Part shown: one piece after another, positions 25,625 to 37,282 of the stretch | Layout of the letters: each line of letters starts with the position of its first letter | How positions within the stretch are numbered: the first letter of the stretch is position 1 | NCBI GenBank assembly: GCA_002269645.1 | Contig: NIVC01000227.1 | Location: 186,001-250,000, forward strand | DNA from: Macrostomum lignano | Taxonomy: Eukaryota | Direction: 5' to 3' | Length of the DNA: 64,000 bases | Program-made: the position numbers and the translations under genes | The notes under the pieces: generated by a model | Told to the model about the DNA's origin: nothing | Databases searched by the model: none | What the model saw: the letters and a program-made list of their open reading frames with translations, nothing else

Positions 25625-26060
25625 GAAAATCTCACCCATAGATTATCAGACACGATAATCTCACCCATAGATTATCAGACACGATAATCTCACCTATAGA
25701 TTATCAGACACGATAATCTCACCCATAGATTATCAGGCACAATAATCTCACCCATAGATTATCAGACACGATAATCTCACCCATAGATTATCACACAAGA
25801 AAATTTCACCTTTAGATTATCAAACAAGATAATCTCACTCATTGATTATCACACAAGATATTCTCACCCATAGATGCATGATTAATTACACACGATAACC
25901 TGACTCATAGATTAACACACACGATAACCTGACCCATAGATTATCACACATGATAACCTGACTCATAGATTAACACACACGATAACCTGACCCATAGATT
26001 AACACACACGATAACCTAACCCACACACGATAATCTCATCCATAGATTATCACACACTAG
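25625..26060. repeat. ~29-bp minisatellite (atctcacccatagattatcagacacgata), array 1
   Basis: Direct tandem repetition; same unit family as 26870-27505. Confidence 0.9.
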
Positions 26061-26229
26061 ACTTTCAACGCGGCCCTAACTAAATAAATAAGAATACTAA
26101 GATAAGAACACAGTACACACTGGGAGTTGAGAAAAGTCCCACTGATTTGAAAAAGTTACAAAGCGTCATGTCAGAGCTCAAAGAGAGCCGCCCAGGCCAG
26201 CATCAGGCGTCAGCGGATATTCAAAATCG

Positions 26230-29200
26230 TCAGACGGTGATTTTGACGTCATCTGCGTCGGCATTTGACGACGAGTAGGCCGGAGGCGGCGGGGCAGCGA
26301 TGACGGTGGGTGCGGCGGTGGTGGGAGCGGGCTGCGCTACAACGACCGGTGGCTGCTCAGAGTCTTGGCCTGAGTCATCGTTTGGCTGCTTGGAGAGAGA
26401 AAGGTTGGGCAGTCAGTGAGAGATTCTACCTCCTGTTTTTACCCCTTTATAACTACTCCCTTAGCCAACCCTCTTAGTCTACCCCCTAAGAGTCTCTCTA
26501 TTTACTGTCTACCACTTTAGAGTCTACCTTCTTCCTTTAGGTAGGTTCTACCCCCTTAAATTATACTCCCTCAGAGTCTACTTCCTTAAGTCTACCCCTT
26601 TATTAGAGTCTAAAAAGCCACCAAACAGGCGCTGTCAATGTGGCCTGCAGCTGTCACCGCCCTCACTTCGAACGGATCTCCATCTTCGTCTTCATCATCG
26701 GACGGCTTGCACTTGCCGCAGCAGCAGCAGCAGCAGAGGCAGCAGCAGCAACAGCAGCAGCAGCCGGTAAAGAGGAAGCAGCAGATCATGAGGCACTGGA
26801 ATTAGAGATGAGGGTTGCCAGCGATGGGGAGCTGGATTTCTCGCTTGTTTGACACGAATCTCAATTATTCAATGCGATAATCTCACCCCAGATTATCAGA
26901 CACGATAATCTCACCCATAGATTATCAGGCACGAAAATCTCACCCATAGATTATCAGACACGAAAATCTCACCCATAGATTATCACACGAGAAAATCTCA
27001 CCCATAGATTATCAGACACGAAAATCTCACCCATAGATCATCACACGAGAAAATATCACCTATAGATTATCAGACACGAAAATCTCACCTATAGATAATC
27101 ACACATGAGAATCTCACCCATAGATTATCACACAAAAAAATCTCACCCATAGATTATCACACGAGAAATCTCACCCATAGATTATCACACGAGAAATCTC
27201 ACCCATAGATTATCACACGAGAAATCTCATCCATAGATTATCACACGAGAAATCTCACCCATAGATTATCACACGAGAAATCTCACCCATAGATTATCAC
27301 ACGAGAAATCTCACCCACATATTATCACACGAGAAAATCTCACCCATAGATTATCACACATAAAAATCTCACCCATAGCTTATCAGGAAGGAAAATCTCA
27401 CCCCTAGATTATCAGGAAGGAAAATCTCACCCCTAGATTATCAGGAAGGAAAATCTCACCCCTAGATTATCAGGAAGGAAAATCTCACCCCTAGATTATC
27501 AAACACGACGGCTCACCTTGAAACAAGGATGCTGCATCATCAAGTAGGCGCTCATGTTTTCCTCGCCAATCTGTGAGGCAAGCTGCAGTCCAACCGAGCC
27601 ATACTGATCATAAATCTTTCGCTTAGTGGGGTCGCTGAGAACTTTATGAGCCCGATTGATCTCCTTAAACTGTGAATGCGAAAAAGTTGGTTTCGAAAGT
27701 TGAGAAAAAATGAATGGAGTAAATTGCAGTCTTAATGCGAATTTCATAAGTAGATTAGATTATAAAGATTAGATACTGACACGGTAAGATTAGATACTGA
27801 TACAGTGATATTAGGTACTAACACAGTGAGATTAGATACTGACACAGCGAGATTATATACCGAGCTTAAATATTAATATAGCGAGAAAAGATCAGTGTTG
27901 GGCACCATTAATGAAAATTTAAACTCCCGTTAATAGCAAAAGCACTTAGCCATTTGAGCAAAAAAATCTCAACTTAAACTCTTAATTTTGTTAAGTTGAT
28001 TGAAAGTTAACTGACAATTGTTAATAAGTGTTAGTCCCAAAATCAGGAATTTTGCACTTTTTCCAAAAATAGACTTCATAATACAGTCATTGCTTTTCCA
28101 TATTTTCATCTGACACCAAGAGGTCATCCAAAGCAAAATCTTCAAGCTAAAAAAGTAACAAATAACAAGTAAAATCGTGTATGTAAGATACTACTAAAAG
28201 TATTTATAAAGTAAGAAATCTATTCCATATTTTAATTGATTAAAGTTTGTAGAAAAAAATTTGCTAAATTGCATAATCATTTTCATAAGCAAAGATAATA
28301 ATTTAATAATTATCTGTACTATTGTAAATTCTAAATTATATTTTGTCCTTTATTTGCATATTTGGTCTCATTGGCATTGTCATTGATGTACACAATAAAT
28401 TTGTTGTTTAATTGAAAAATTATTAATGCAAAGTTCCTTAATCCATTAGTGCAAAAAACCTTAACACTTAATAATGGATTAGGCCTAATGCACTGATTAA
28501 TGGACTAGTGCCCAACACTGATTACAATAAACACACAATGAGATTCAACAAGGCTACAGATTAGGCCTGAATAAAAAATAGATAATTGAAATTTGATGAA
28601 AATATCACAGATGCCTCACAGTTTCTGCAGCCGCAGGGTCAGGGTTCTTGTCTGGATGGTAGCGCAGTGCCAGCTAAAAAAAGCAATTATGTTTGAATTG
28701 AACACTAAAACAAGTGCCTTGAAAGCAGACAATTGCTTGATAATCTGGCTAATAAGATCTCTGTCTACCTTGCGGTATGCTCGCTTGATATCCTCATCTG
28801 TGGCCTCTTTTTGCAGACCCAACAGCTCATAGAGTGAGTGGCCACTGGTACTGAAAAAGTTACAGTTGGTTGCAGGCCTCTGATAGTTAAACTGTAAATC
28901 AAAAGCAAATTGGCTTTTTAAAAATAAAAAGTTTTGAAGCATAGAAATATAGTGCTTAATCAGGCTTAAGTCTTTTAAAAGTAGTTTCTTGTACTCAAAA
29001 TATTTTGTAGATTACTTTTCTGGAGTCAAAATAATTTAATGTATGAAACTACAGTGATAGCCATAATCAAAACTAAGGCATGAGATTATTTTTAAAATTA
29101 ATTTTTTAAATAAAAGTTATTTTTAGATGATTGAGTCAGAATGCCTGACACAAGAAACCAAGTTCAATAAAAAAATTATAGGAATAAAAAAATAATTTTG

Positions 29201-29652
29201 AATAGGCTTAGGCCCTAATTGAGAAAATCTTCTTAAAATATTTGTTAAATTTGAAATTGTGCTAGGCCTAGGGACTATTTAAGGTGGGAGTTGAATGAAA
29301 GGATAGGCCTACTCTAAATAATTTATCATTTATATGGAGTGATTGAATTTTAAAGATTTGTTACATAGATTTTATCTTATTTAAACTTTTTCTCTCAATT
29401 GCCTCAACAAATAAAAAAATTAACCTGATTTTACCTTGATACTTTGTTTGCCAATTCATATTGCACAATATAAAAAATTATAAGATAGAAAGCAATGCCA
29501 CTGAGAGTTTAGTTAAAACTTCAGTTGTAGCAGCTGGCAGCATAGAAATATACTTACGATAGCTTCCGCTTCCGATGTGATTCATCTGTATTTTCATTCT
29601 CTTCATGTTGTTCATCTCCTGAGATAGCTGTACCTGGATATGCATGAGCCAT
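26230..29652 (-). CDS. DNAJC5: Cysteine string protein (DnaJ subfamily C member 5), 6 coding exons
   Basis: Exons (minus) 29652-29558, 28850-28769, 28673-28620, 27669-27517, 26795-26667 and 26385-26230, all phase-compatible. Protein: ...[44 protein letters not shown]...FKEINRAHKVLSDPTKRKIYDQYGSVGL...GCCCCCCCCLCCCCCCGKCKP. This gives a J domain with HPD plus the cysteine string. Confidence 0.95.
26870..27505. repeat. ~28-bp minisatellite (atctcacccatagattatcacacgagaa), array 2
   Basis: Fills the DNAJC5 intron 26796-27516. Confidence 0.9.
27893..28520. mobile_element. MITE with CAGTG termini in a DNAJC5 intron
   Basis: Perfect 13-bp TIR cagtgttgggcac / gtgcccaacactg and an AT-rich interior. 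The dinucleotide AT lies on both flanks, and no 8-bp TSD is visible. Confidence 0.7.
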
Positions 29653-30364
29653 TGTACCTGTCAACCAGTAAGTTATGGAATATTGTATACGTGGATAGTC
29701 GGTTTTAAATTTACAACTAAAGTAGTTAACAATAAAATGTCAATATATCCAGTGTTGTGTTTAGAACTTCAGAAACACTAAAAAACTCAACTCACTTAGA
29801 ATCAGAACAGAAGTTAGTCTTGAGAAAAAAGGAAGTTTTATTTCTGCAAACCAATCGCAAAAAAGACTTGATTCACAAGACTCACGAAAAGACTCAAGGT
29901 TCAATATAACACGCAACTGCTATATATCTCTGTTTCCCTTTTTCTGCTCCCACAATGTAACTAAAACGGAAACGGAATCTATTAATTAATGTTCCTCTTT
30001 TTATTATTTCGTGTAAAACTGATGCATTTAAATCTTCCGGCTGGTAACAATTATTTAAATCAAAAAAGAATTTTAAAAAAATCTTTAGCTTACACTAGAA
30101 AATCATTTTACGAATTTCAATTACTTTTATTTCTGTGAGCTAAAAACTCAATGTATTTTAATGTCTGTTTGTATTATACGATTGCTGCGCGTAAAGTTGC
30201 TAGTTAGCTACATTTCGTCGCCATAATTTTCTAGCCCTTTTGTCTTTATGTTTTTAGTTGTATTTGGGAAGACTATAGTATGCTAATCGATTGTTTTTGT
30301 GCCATCAGCACATGCAGAAGACCAGGGACAACTAAAACACTCGGGACGCGAAACGAGCCAAATC

Positions 30365-31185
30365 ATGGTGAAAGGAGGAGAGGAGGTCGAAGGAGGTCGA
30401 AGAGCTGGAAATCAAGGCGCTGACGCGGCGCCGAGCTCAATTGCAGCGCGAGCTCAACGGGAATCAGCTAGACTGCTACCTCCTCTCAAGGTGAGCCTAC
30501 AGCTTTTCCTGCTGGTGTGCATGAGGCCTTTTTATCTTGCGCAGGTGTAGAGAGCGGTCAGTCGGCCAGAAAGCGCAGCCGGGCCTACCTGATCCGAGAC
30601 TTTGTCAAGCCCAACGCGAATCAGTCAAGCGAGAGCCTGACCGTCTGCGTGGAGAACGGCAACCTGGTGTTCAAAAAGCAGCCGCCAAACCTAAGCAAGA
30701 TTTCCACCGGCCAATGGAGCTCTGCATGGCCGCAATGCTCAAATCCTACAGCGCCTGATTGACGACGGCTCACTCATCTATCTGAATGACGACGGGTTTG
30801 TGAACACCAGCCAGCTGAGAAGCTACCTGCTGTACTCCCAGAAGATCGGCGAACTCCTGGATGCCAACTACAGCCCAAACGTTGTGTGGGAGTTCGATGA
30901 AGACTACAGGAAAGCTGATGGCCGAGTCAGACTTGCATCAGTGGGGGTGCGAACCCCCGCAGCAGTACCATCGCCACCTGCATGAACGCTCCACGCAATC
31001 TGAAGGTCACTTTGAACCGATCCGGTATCTCGCAGCCGCAGGCGCCCGTCTGCCTGAGCTTCAACTCAACAGCTGGCTGTCAACGGTCCAGCTGCAGGTA
31101 CCGGCACGTCTGGAAGCTGCTTGGCTGCGGCAAGCCGCATCCCGCCCAACTGCATCGTCAGAGCAGCGATGCGGCGGAGGGATAA
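30365..31185 (+). pseudogene. Ngaro-like gag ORF, frameshifted
   Basis: Pieces in different frames: EVEELEIKALTRRRAQLQRELN; AYLIRDFV...LSKISTGQWSSA; NAQILQRLIDDG...YLLYSQKIGELL...VWEFDEDYRK. C-terminal C-x8-C-x4-C-x3-H finger CLSFNSTAGCQRSSCRYRH starts at 31051. Confidence 0.65.
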
Positions 31186-31300
31186 AAAAACTAGATTTAT
31201 TTTATAGCCACCATGCTTTTAAATTAATATAGCCACCACCCGCCCCCATCCCATTGCTTGCATCCCCTCACCGACCCGCCTCGATCCCCCGCCGCATCGG

Positions 31301-33345
31301 GTGCTGTCTTCTGACATGACCTTGGCTTCTTGGAATCTCCTGCTACGCAACGACCCAGACGAGAAATTCCTCCGAAAAGGCCTTCATAACGGCTTCCGCC
31401 TCGTCAACAAGCCTCCGCCTGCCTTCACGCATTCTTCTAACTACCGTTCTGCTACTGACCATGCCGAGCAGGTTGACAAGCAACTCTCCGAAGAGCTCCG
31501 CCTTGGCCGCTTAAAACCCGCTAGCGGACGCGTCATGGTGAATGCTATCGGCGCGATCCCTAAGTCTGACGGCAGGGTTCGGATAATTCACGATCTGTCC
31601 AGTCCTTCCTGCTCTTCGGTCAACGACAGCTATCAGCAGGAGCGGAGTCTGAGATCCTCCTCCGTGCAGGATCTGCTGCATCGGGTCTATGAAATTTGCT
31701 AGCAGGAGCAAACTTATGGCAGCTGAAAGTTAGTTAATTTTAAACCCCTTTCACACATCTTTCCAGTGATCAGGAAGGAGAGAGAGGCGGAGGTTGGGGT
31801 GGCTGTCTCGCTGACGAAAAGCAGACCAAAGTACACAGTGCCGTTCAGAATTAACTTCGATACTCGAAACTTTATACACGATTGTGTCAAAATAGTTGGA
31901 AAATTGGATTGTGTCCAATTTGAAGAGGATTGGTAAAGGTAAAAGTGGTGCGACGCTATAGAGGATTTAGTGAAATTCTTGCGAAACTGGACAAGCAAAT
32001 TGTCGCTAGCTAATTACAACTTCCTGAGTTCGGCTAGCCAAATTGCTGCTTGCCGGTTTTGGTTGGATTCTCGCTAGCAGATTTCGGCTAGCTAAATCCT
32101 CGCTAGCAAAATTCCTGCTAGCAACTTTCGGCCAGCAGATTTCGGCAAGCAAATTTCTCGCTAGCAAACTTCGGCTAGCAGATTTCCTGCTAGCAAATCT
32201 CGTACTCCCGCTGCATCACATCCGGCCCGGCTCGTTTATAGACAAGGTCGATCTGAAGCAGGCCTACCGCTCTGTCGGCAATCCACCCGGACGATCAGGC
32301 GTTGACGGGCCTCAGCTGGTGTTTCGCAGCTGACACCGAATCCTCGGTGTTCATCGACACCTGGCTGCCATTCGGTGCCCGGGCCTCTTGCGAGATCTTT
32401 CACCGTCTCTCAGCCGCCATTCATCGCCACATGCTTAGACAAGGCTTCCAAGCTACGGTCAACTACCTGGACGACTGGGCGGTTGCCGGCGACTCACAGG
32501 AAGCCGCTGAATGCGCTTACGACTACCTGGTGCACCTCCTGCAAGACCTGGGCTTCACCATCAACTGGCCTCAACTGGCAAGTCCACGGCCCCAACGCAG
32601 CGGATGGTTTTCTTCGGCGTTCAAATCGACACAATTGACGGCACACTGTCGCTGCCCATGGACAAGGCCGCCAGCACCAGGGATTTGCTGAAGGACTGTC
32701 TCTCCCGTGAAATCGTCAAGCTCAAGCGGCTGGAGAGGCTGGCCGGGAAGCCGTGCTGGTTGGGCCAGATCAACAAACTGCTGCGTCCATTTCTTCGCCC
32801 GCTTTTTGACCTCATCAGCGACGGTCGAGATCTCCGGCTGCCTCAAGAAGCTCGCGATCTGCTGCAATGGTGGCTGCAGGCAGTGGATTCGCTGCCACCT
32901 ACGCCGCTGCATCCGCGCTTTCATCAGTTGGTAGCCATCGAGTCCGACAGCAGCTCCGAGGGCGCCGCTGGCATCGTAAGCGGCACCCGCTTCAACGACT
33001 GGGTGTACTTCAGCTGGGAGCACGACTTTGAGTCAGAGTTCAAAGACCTCCACATCAACTACAAGGAGGCCCTGGCTCCGCTCCTCACCATCCTGCGCTT
33101 CCACGAGCAGCTCAGCAACAGCCGGGTGGTGGTCTACTCTGACAGCACGGCTGCAGTAGGCATGATCAACAAGCTGTCCTGTAGGTATCCATCGCTTATT
33201 CGAATCTACCAGACGGTGGCCCTTCTGTGCCTCGAGTCTGGGATCCAGCTGCAGGCGTTTCATCTTCCCGCTCACATGCAGCTCACTAGCGACTCGGCGT
33301 CTCGGATGCTGAGCTTAAAGCATGAGTTCGTGAACTTTTGCTGTC
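31301..33345 (+). pseudogene. Reverse transcriptase / RNase H of the Ngaro-like element, disrupted
   Basis: NAIGAIPKSDGRVRIIHDLS, KVDLKQAYRSV, LPFGARASCEIFHRL, VNYLDD, then RNase H IESDSS...HINYKEALA...VYSDS...SDSASR. Interrupted by the MITE at 31683-32209, a +1 frameshift near 32277 and a net 8-bp insertion near 32571. Confidence 0.85.
31683..32209. mobile_element. 527-bp MITE (GG-terminal, 8-bp TSD; Merlin- or MULE-like) inserted in the RT
   Basis: 25-bp TIR gggtctatgaaatttgctagcagga / tcctgctagcaaatctcgtactccc matching at 21/25. Perfect TSD gctgcatc at 31675-31682 and 32210-32217. Many subterminal GCTAGC repeats. Removing it restores SVQDLLHHIRPGSF. Confidence 0.9.
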
Positions 33346-33474
33346 GCCACTATGGCTCTCTGTGTGTCTGTCCTACTGAATTTGGCTCGCACACCATCTC
33401 TGCCGCATCCCGCACTACTCTTCTTTCACAGGTCGCAGCCGCGCTGCGCTACCCACCGCCACGCCGTGTCCGTG

Positions 33475-34306
33475 CCCATCCTGTGCCGCCTGTCGCTCGC
33501 ACCCAGCACCCGGAAGTCGTATGCCAGCCACCTGCAGCTCTGGAGGGAGTTCTGTCGACAGCAGCGGATCTTCCCCACGGCCGCATCGAAGTCAGACGTC
33601 TGCAACTTCACCGCCTTCCTATTGGAGCGAGGCTGCGCCTCCTACTCAAGCGTGCAGACCAGCCTCAGTGCAGTTTCCTTCATCCACAGGGCGACGGCAG
33701 CACCGGACCCCACCAAGGACAACGCCCGGCTGGCTCTCGTCTGCCGCGGAGCCCGACGCCTACTAAGCAGACAGCCACGCAGGGCAGAGCCACTGCAGCC
33801 GCATCATCTCCGCCTGCTCTGCAACAGCCCTCTGCTTCAGCAATTGCTGCCCCGGCGGCCTCCGCCTGACCATCGGCAAGTCCAAGACAAACCAGTTCAA
33901 GGAGCATCAGCTGCTGGTGTTCCTTCCGCAATGCACCGACTGCCCACCGATCTGCCCGGTCTCTGCCTTCGCCACTCATCTGCGTGAGAACCAAGTTGTC
34001 GAGCCGCACCAGCCTCTCTTCGCTGTCCTGGGCGCCCGCAGATTCCCGTTGGCTGCCTCGGCCTTCATCCGCCTGCTCAAGCGGGGCCTGTCGATCTGCG
34101 GCATCCATGAGGAAAACTTCTCTGGCCACAGTCTGCGCAGGGGCGGAGCCAGCCCCGCCTTCCGGGGTGGCCTCTCCGTGGCCGACATCCGCTGCCTTGG
34201 TGACTGGCGCTCCGACTCCGTCTTCTGCTATTTCTCGGACGATGCAGCTTTTGCCCGCAGGCGCTCCGCCGTCCAGCAGATTGCTGCTTCTATTAATTAT
34301 CACTAA
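33475..34306 (+). pseudogene. Tyrosine recombinase of the Ngaro-like element, disrupted
   Basis: SAM-like N-terminus SLAPSTRKSYASHLQLWREFC, then a frame change near 33850-33870, then KSKTNQF, CPVSA, FSGHSLRRGGA and GDWRSDSVFCY. The box-I Arg region is not visible. Confidence 0.8.
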
Positions 34307-35159
34307 CTTCCCCCGCTTCTTCTTTTTTCGGGGTTTGGGGTCGCCTTCCCCACCTCGTCGCTGCTTTGTGCTCGCTGCCAACCCGCCACCTTTGCCTTCC
34401 TTTTGCTGCTTGTGGGGTTGCGGGTTAGCCTGGATGCATGCATTACACATGTGACACATGTACCTTTACGATTTTTGTACACACACGCAACAAACCCTGT
34501 AACATATGTATGGGAAAATATATATGTTATACATGTAAATTTATAAGAAGAGCTGATTTTTTGTTTGCATAAATTGTCACTATACATAATTACACTCATA
34601 TATATATGTTGTTCCCACCCTCAATCTTCCCCATTTCTTTTCTAATTCCTAGCTCTCGATCCTGCATGTATTTTCTCTTAATTTTCTGTCTCCGCGGCCC
34701 CACATTAAATTTTTTTCTTTCTCATAGTTTTCTGGCGCCTGATATGAACTCTCGATCAGCTTTTCGAGTTAGGGTAGCAACAAAGAGCTCGCAGTCGATC
34801 AATCAGAAAGTTCGACATGCGTTTTAACAAATCGCTTTAACCTTGATCAGCTGCTCATAAGAATCCCTAGAGAAATTCTCGATTTAATTCTCGATGGTTC
34901 CGATTTAAGACAGTTTTCCTGCCCGGAACTCAAATTGGTTCTCACCTTCTGTCCCGCTGCACTCAACCGTCTTCTGTATAAACACTGGCCAGTCACATTT
35001 CACGGCAGAAGCCAGCGTGTAGAAGTTTAATAATGTACTCGGAATAATACATTTCCCGAACCTGTGTAGTCTTGCCTTGTGAGAACTACTGTAAAAAGCC
35101 CTCTCCGACCTTGCACGGTCAGTGCGATCTAGCGATCTAGTCCCAGAAGAGTTTTTTAT

Positions 35160-35835
<676 letters not shown>

Positions 35836-36350
35836 TTTCTGTCGGTCTGTCATACATGTACCATGTAATATAGTTCTGTTTAGAGGCCTCAACTGCAATT
35901 TGAACTGACGTCGAGTCCTTTTTAAAGCTATTTTTAGTTGAAGCTCGCAATGGACTGCTTTTTGAGTGAGAATCATACGACTCGTACACAGCAACTGAAA
36001 TTCGGCACAACTTTAGTCAGGGTTGAGCAATGCGACGCAGGCCACACAGCCCAGGCCATGATGAGTGCCAGGCTGCACTAAATTACACCAAAGGTTGCAA
36101 TGCTGTCACGTGGTTTTACTCCAGCCTATTGAGATTTGCAAGCAATAAATTAGGCAATTGTGAGTGGGTGAACCTCCATTGTTCCAGGCTTCTCTCTTTA
36201 TCTTATCATGCACAGCTTTAGTGATGCTGGTGCAAGGGTCACAAGTGCTACAATTCCATCTCAGTGTTCGCACGTGTTCGTGAGGGCCAGCTCGTGGCAA
36301 GACAACACAATTCTTGCTGGCACGTTTTCAGATTGCATATAAAAATTGCT

Positions 36351-36358
36351 TATATAAA
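36351..36358 (+). promoter_or_regulatory. TATA box of the small secreted peptide gene
   Basis: TATATAAA 88 bp upstream of the ATG at 36439, which has the context aaacATG. Confidence 0.5.
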
Positions 36359-36438
36359 GCGTGATGCCGCGTGTGCTGGAAAACCCAACTATTACTCGTA
36401 GGAAGCAGACACGAGTTTAACAAAACGAAAGCCAAAAC

Positions 36439-36642
36439 ATGAAGTGGCAGTTCTTCCTGACCTTCCTGCTCTGCGTCTCCATCGCTGCGGTTCGAGTCTC
36501 AGCCTCCGAGCAGCTGGATGATGACGAGTCCGACAATTACCTGGTGGAGGCTGACGAGCTCAACGACCTGCCGGAAAACGTTGAGGAGGCCAACTGGGAT
36601 GAGGTCGCTGCTCCGAAGGCAAAGGGCCGGATTGGGAAATAA
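36439..36642 (+). CDS. Small secreted protein: signal peptide + acidic pro-region + short basic C-terminus (67 aa)
   Basis: MKWQFFLTFLLCVSIAAVRVSA | SEQLDDDESDNYLVEADELNDLPENVEEANWDEVAAPKAKGRIGK. It is a GC3-rich island in AT-rich flanks, with an upstream TATA box. Confidence 0.65.
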   Translation: MKWQFFLTFLLCVSIAAVRVSASEQLDDDESDNYLVEADELNDLPENVEEANWDEVAAPKAKGRIGK

Positions 36643-36979
36643 CTGACCTGCTGAGTGCTGAGTTCAGAGTTTTTTGATCAATTGACTAACAGTACCACTG
36701 TGAATATTATCCCTAATTTCTCCGTCTAAGCAGTAGCGTTTATTAACTACACTATTATTGACTAATTGACTGTAGCTAAGTAAAATTTTAACATCAATAT
36801 AATAACCAAAAAAATTAATGAGTTTGAGACCACCAAATATTCAACGATTTCACAGAAATTATTTCTAAATACACAAGAATGCAGCTAATTTCACTTTGAA
36901 CATGTTTCCAACAAATATGTTCTTGACATTACATTTGAGTCGCTTAATAATTTTACTTTTGCCTTTTATTGGCACCTCT

Positions 36980-37282
<303 letters not shown>

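Larger units (their letters stand above)
30300..34450 (+). mobile_element. Decayed tyrosine-recombinase retrotransposon (DIRS order, Ngaro-like)
   Basis: Order gag (CCCH finger) - RT (YLDD) - RNase H - tyrosine recombinase (HSLRRGGA, LGDWRSDSVFCY), with no methyltransferase domain. Multiple frameshifts plus a MITE insertion. Terminal or split direct repeats were not located, so the boundaries are approximate. Confidence 0.85.

Noticed and set aside
30491-30544. Apparent 54-bp GT-AG intron inside the Ngaro gag
   Set aside because: Splicing does not yield an open frame (in-frame TAG either upstream or immediately downstream). It is more likely chance in a frameshifted pseudogene.
33680-34459. 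259-aa antisense ORF over the tyrosine recombinase
   Set aside because: A shadow of GC-rich coding sequence on the opposite strand, with no recognisable motifs.
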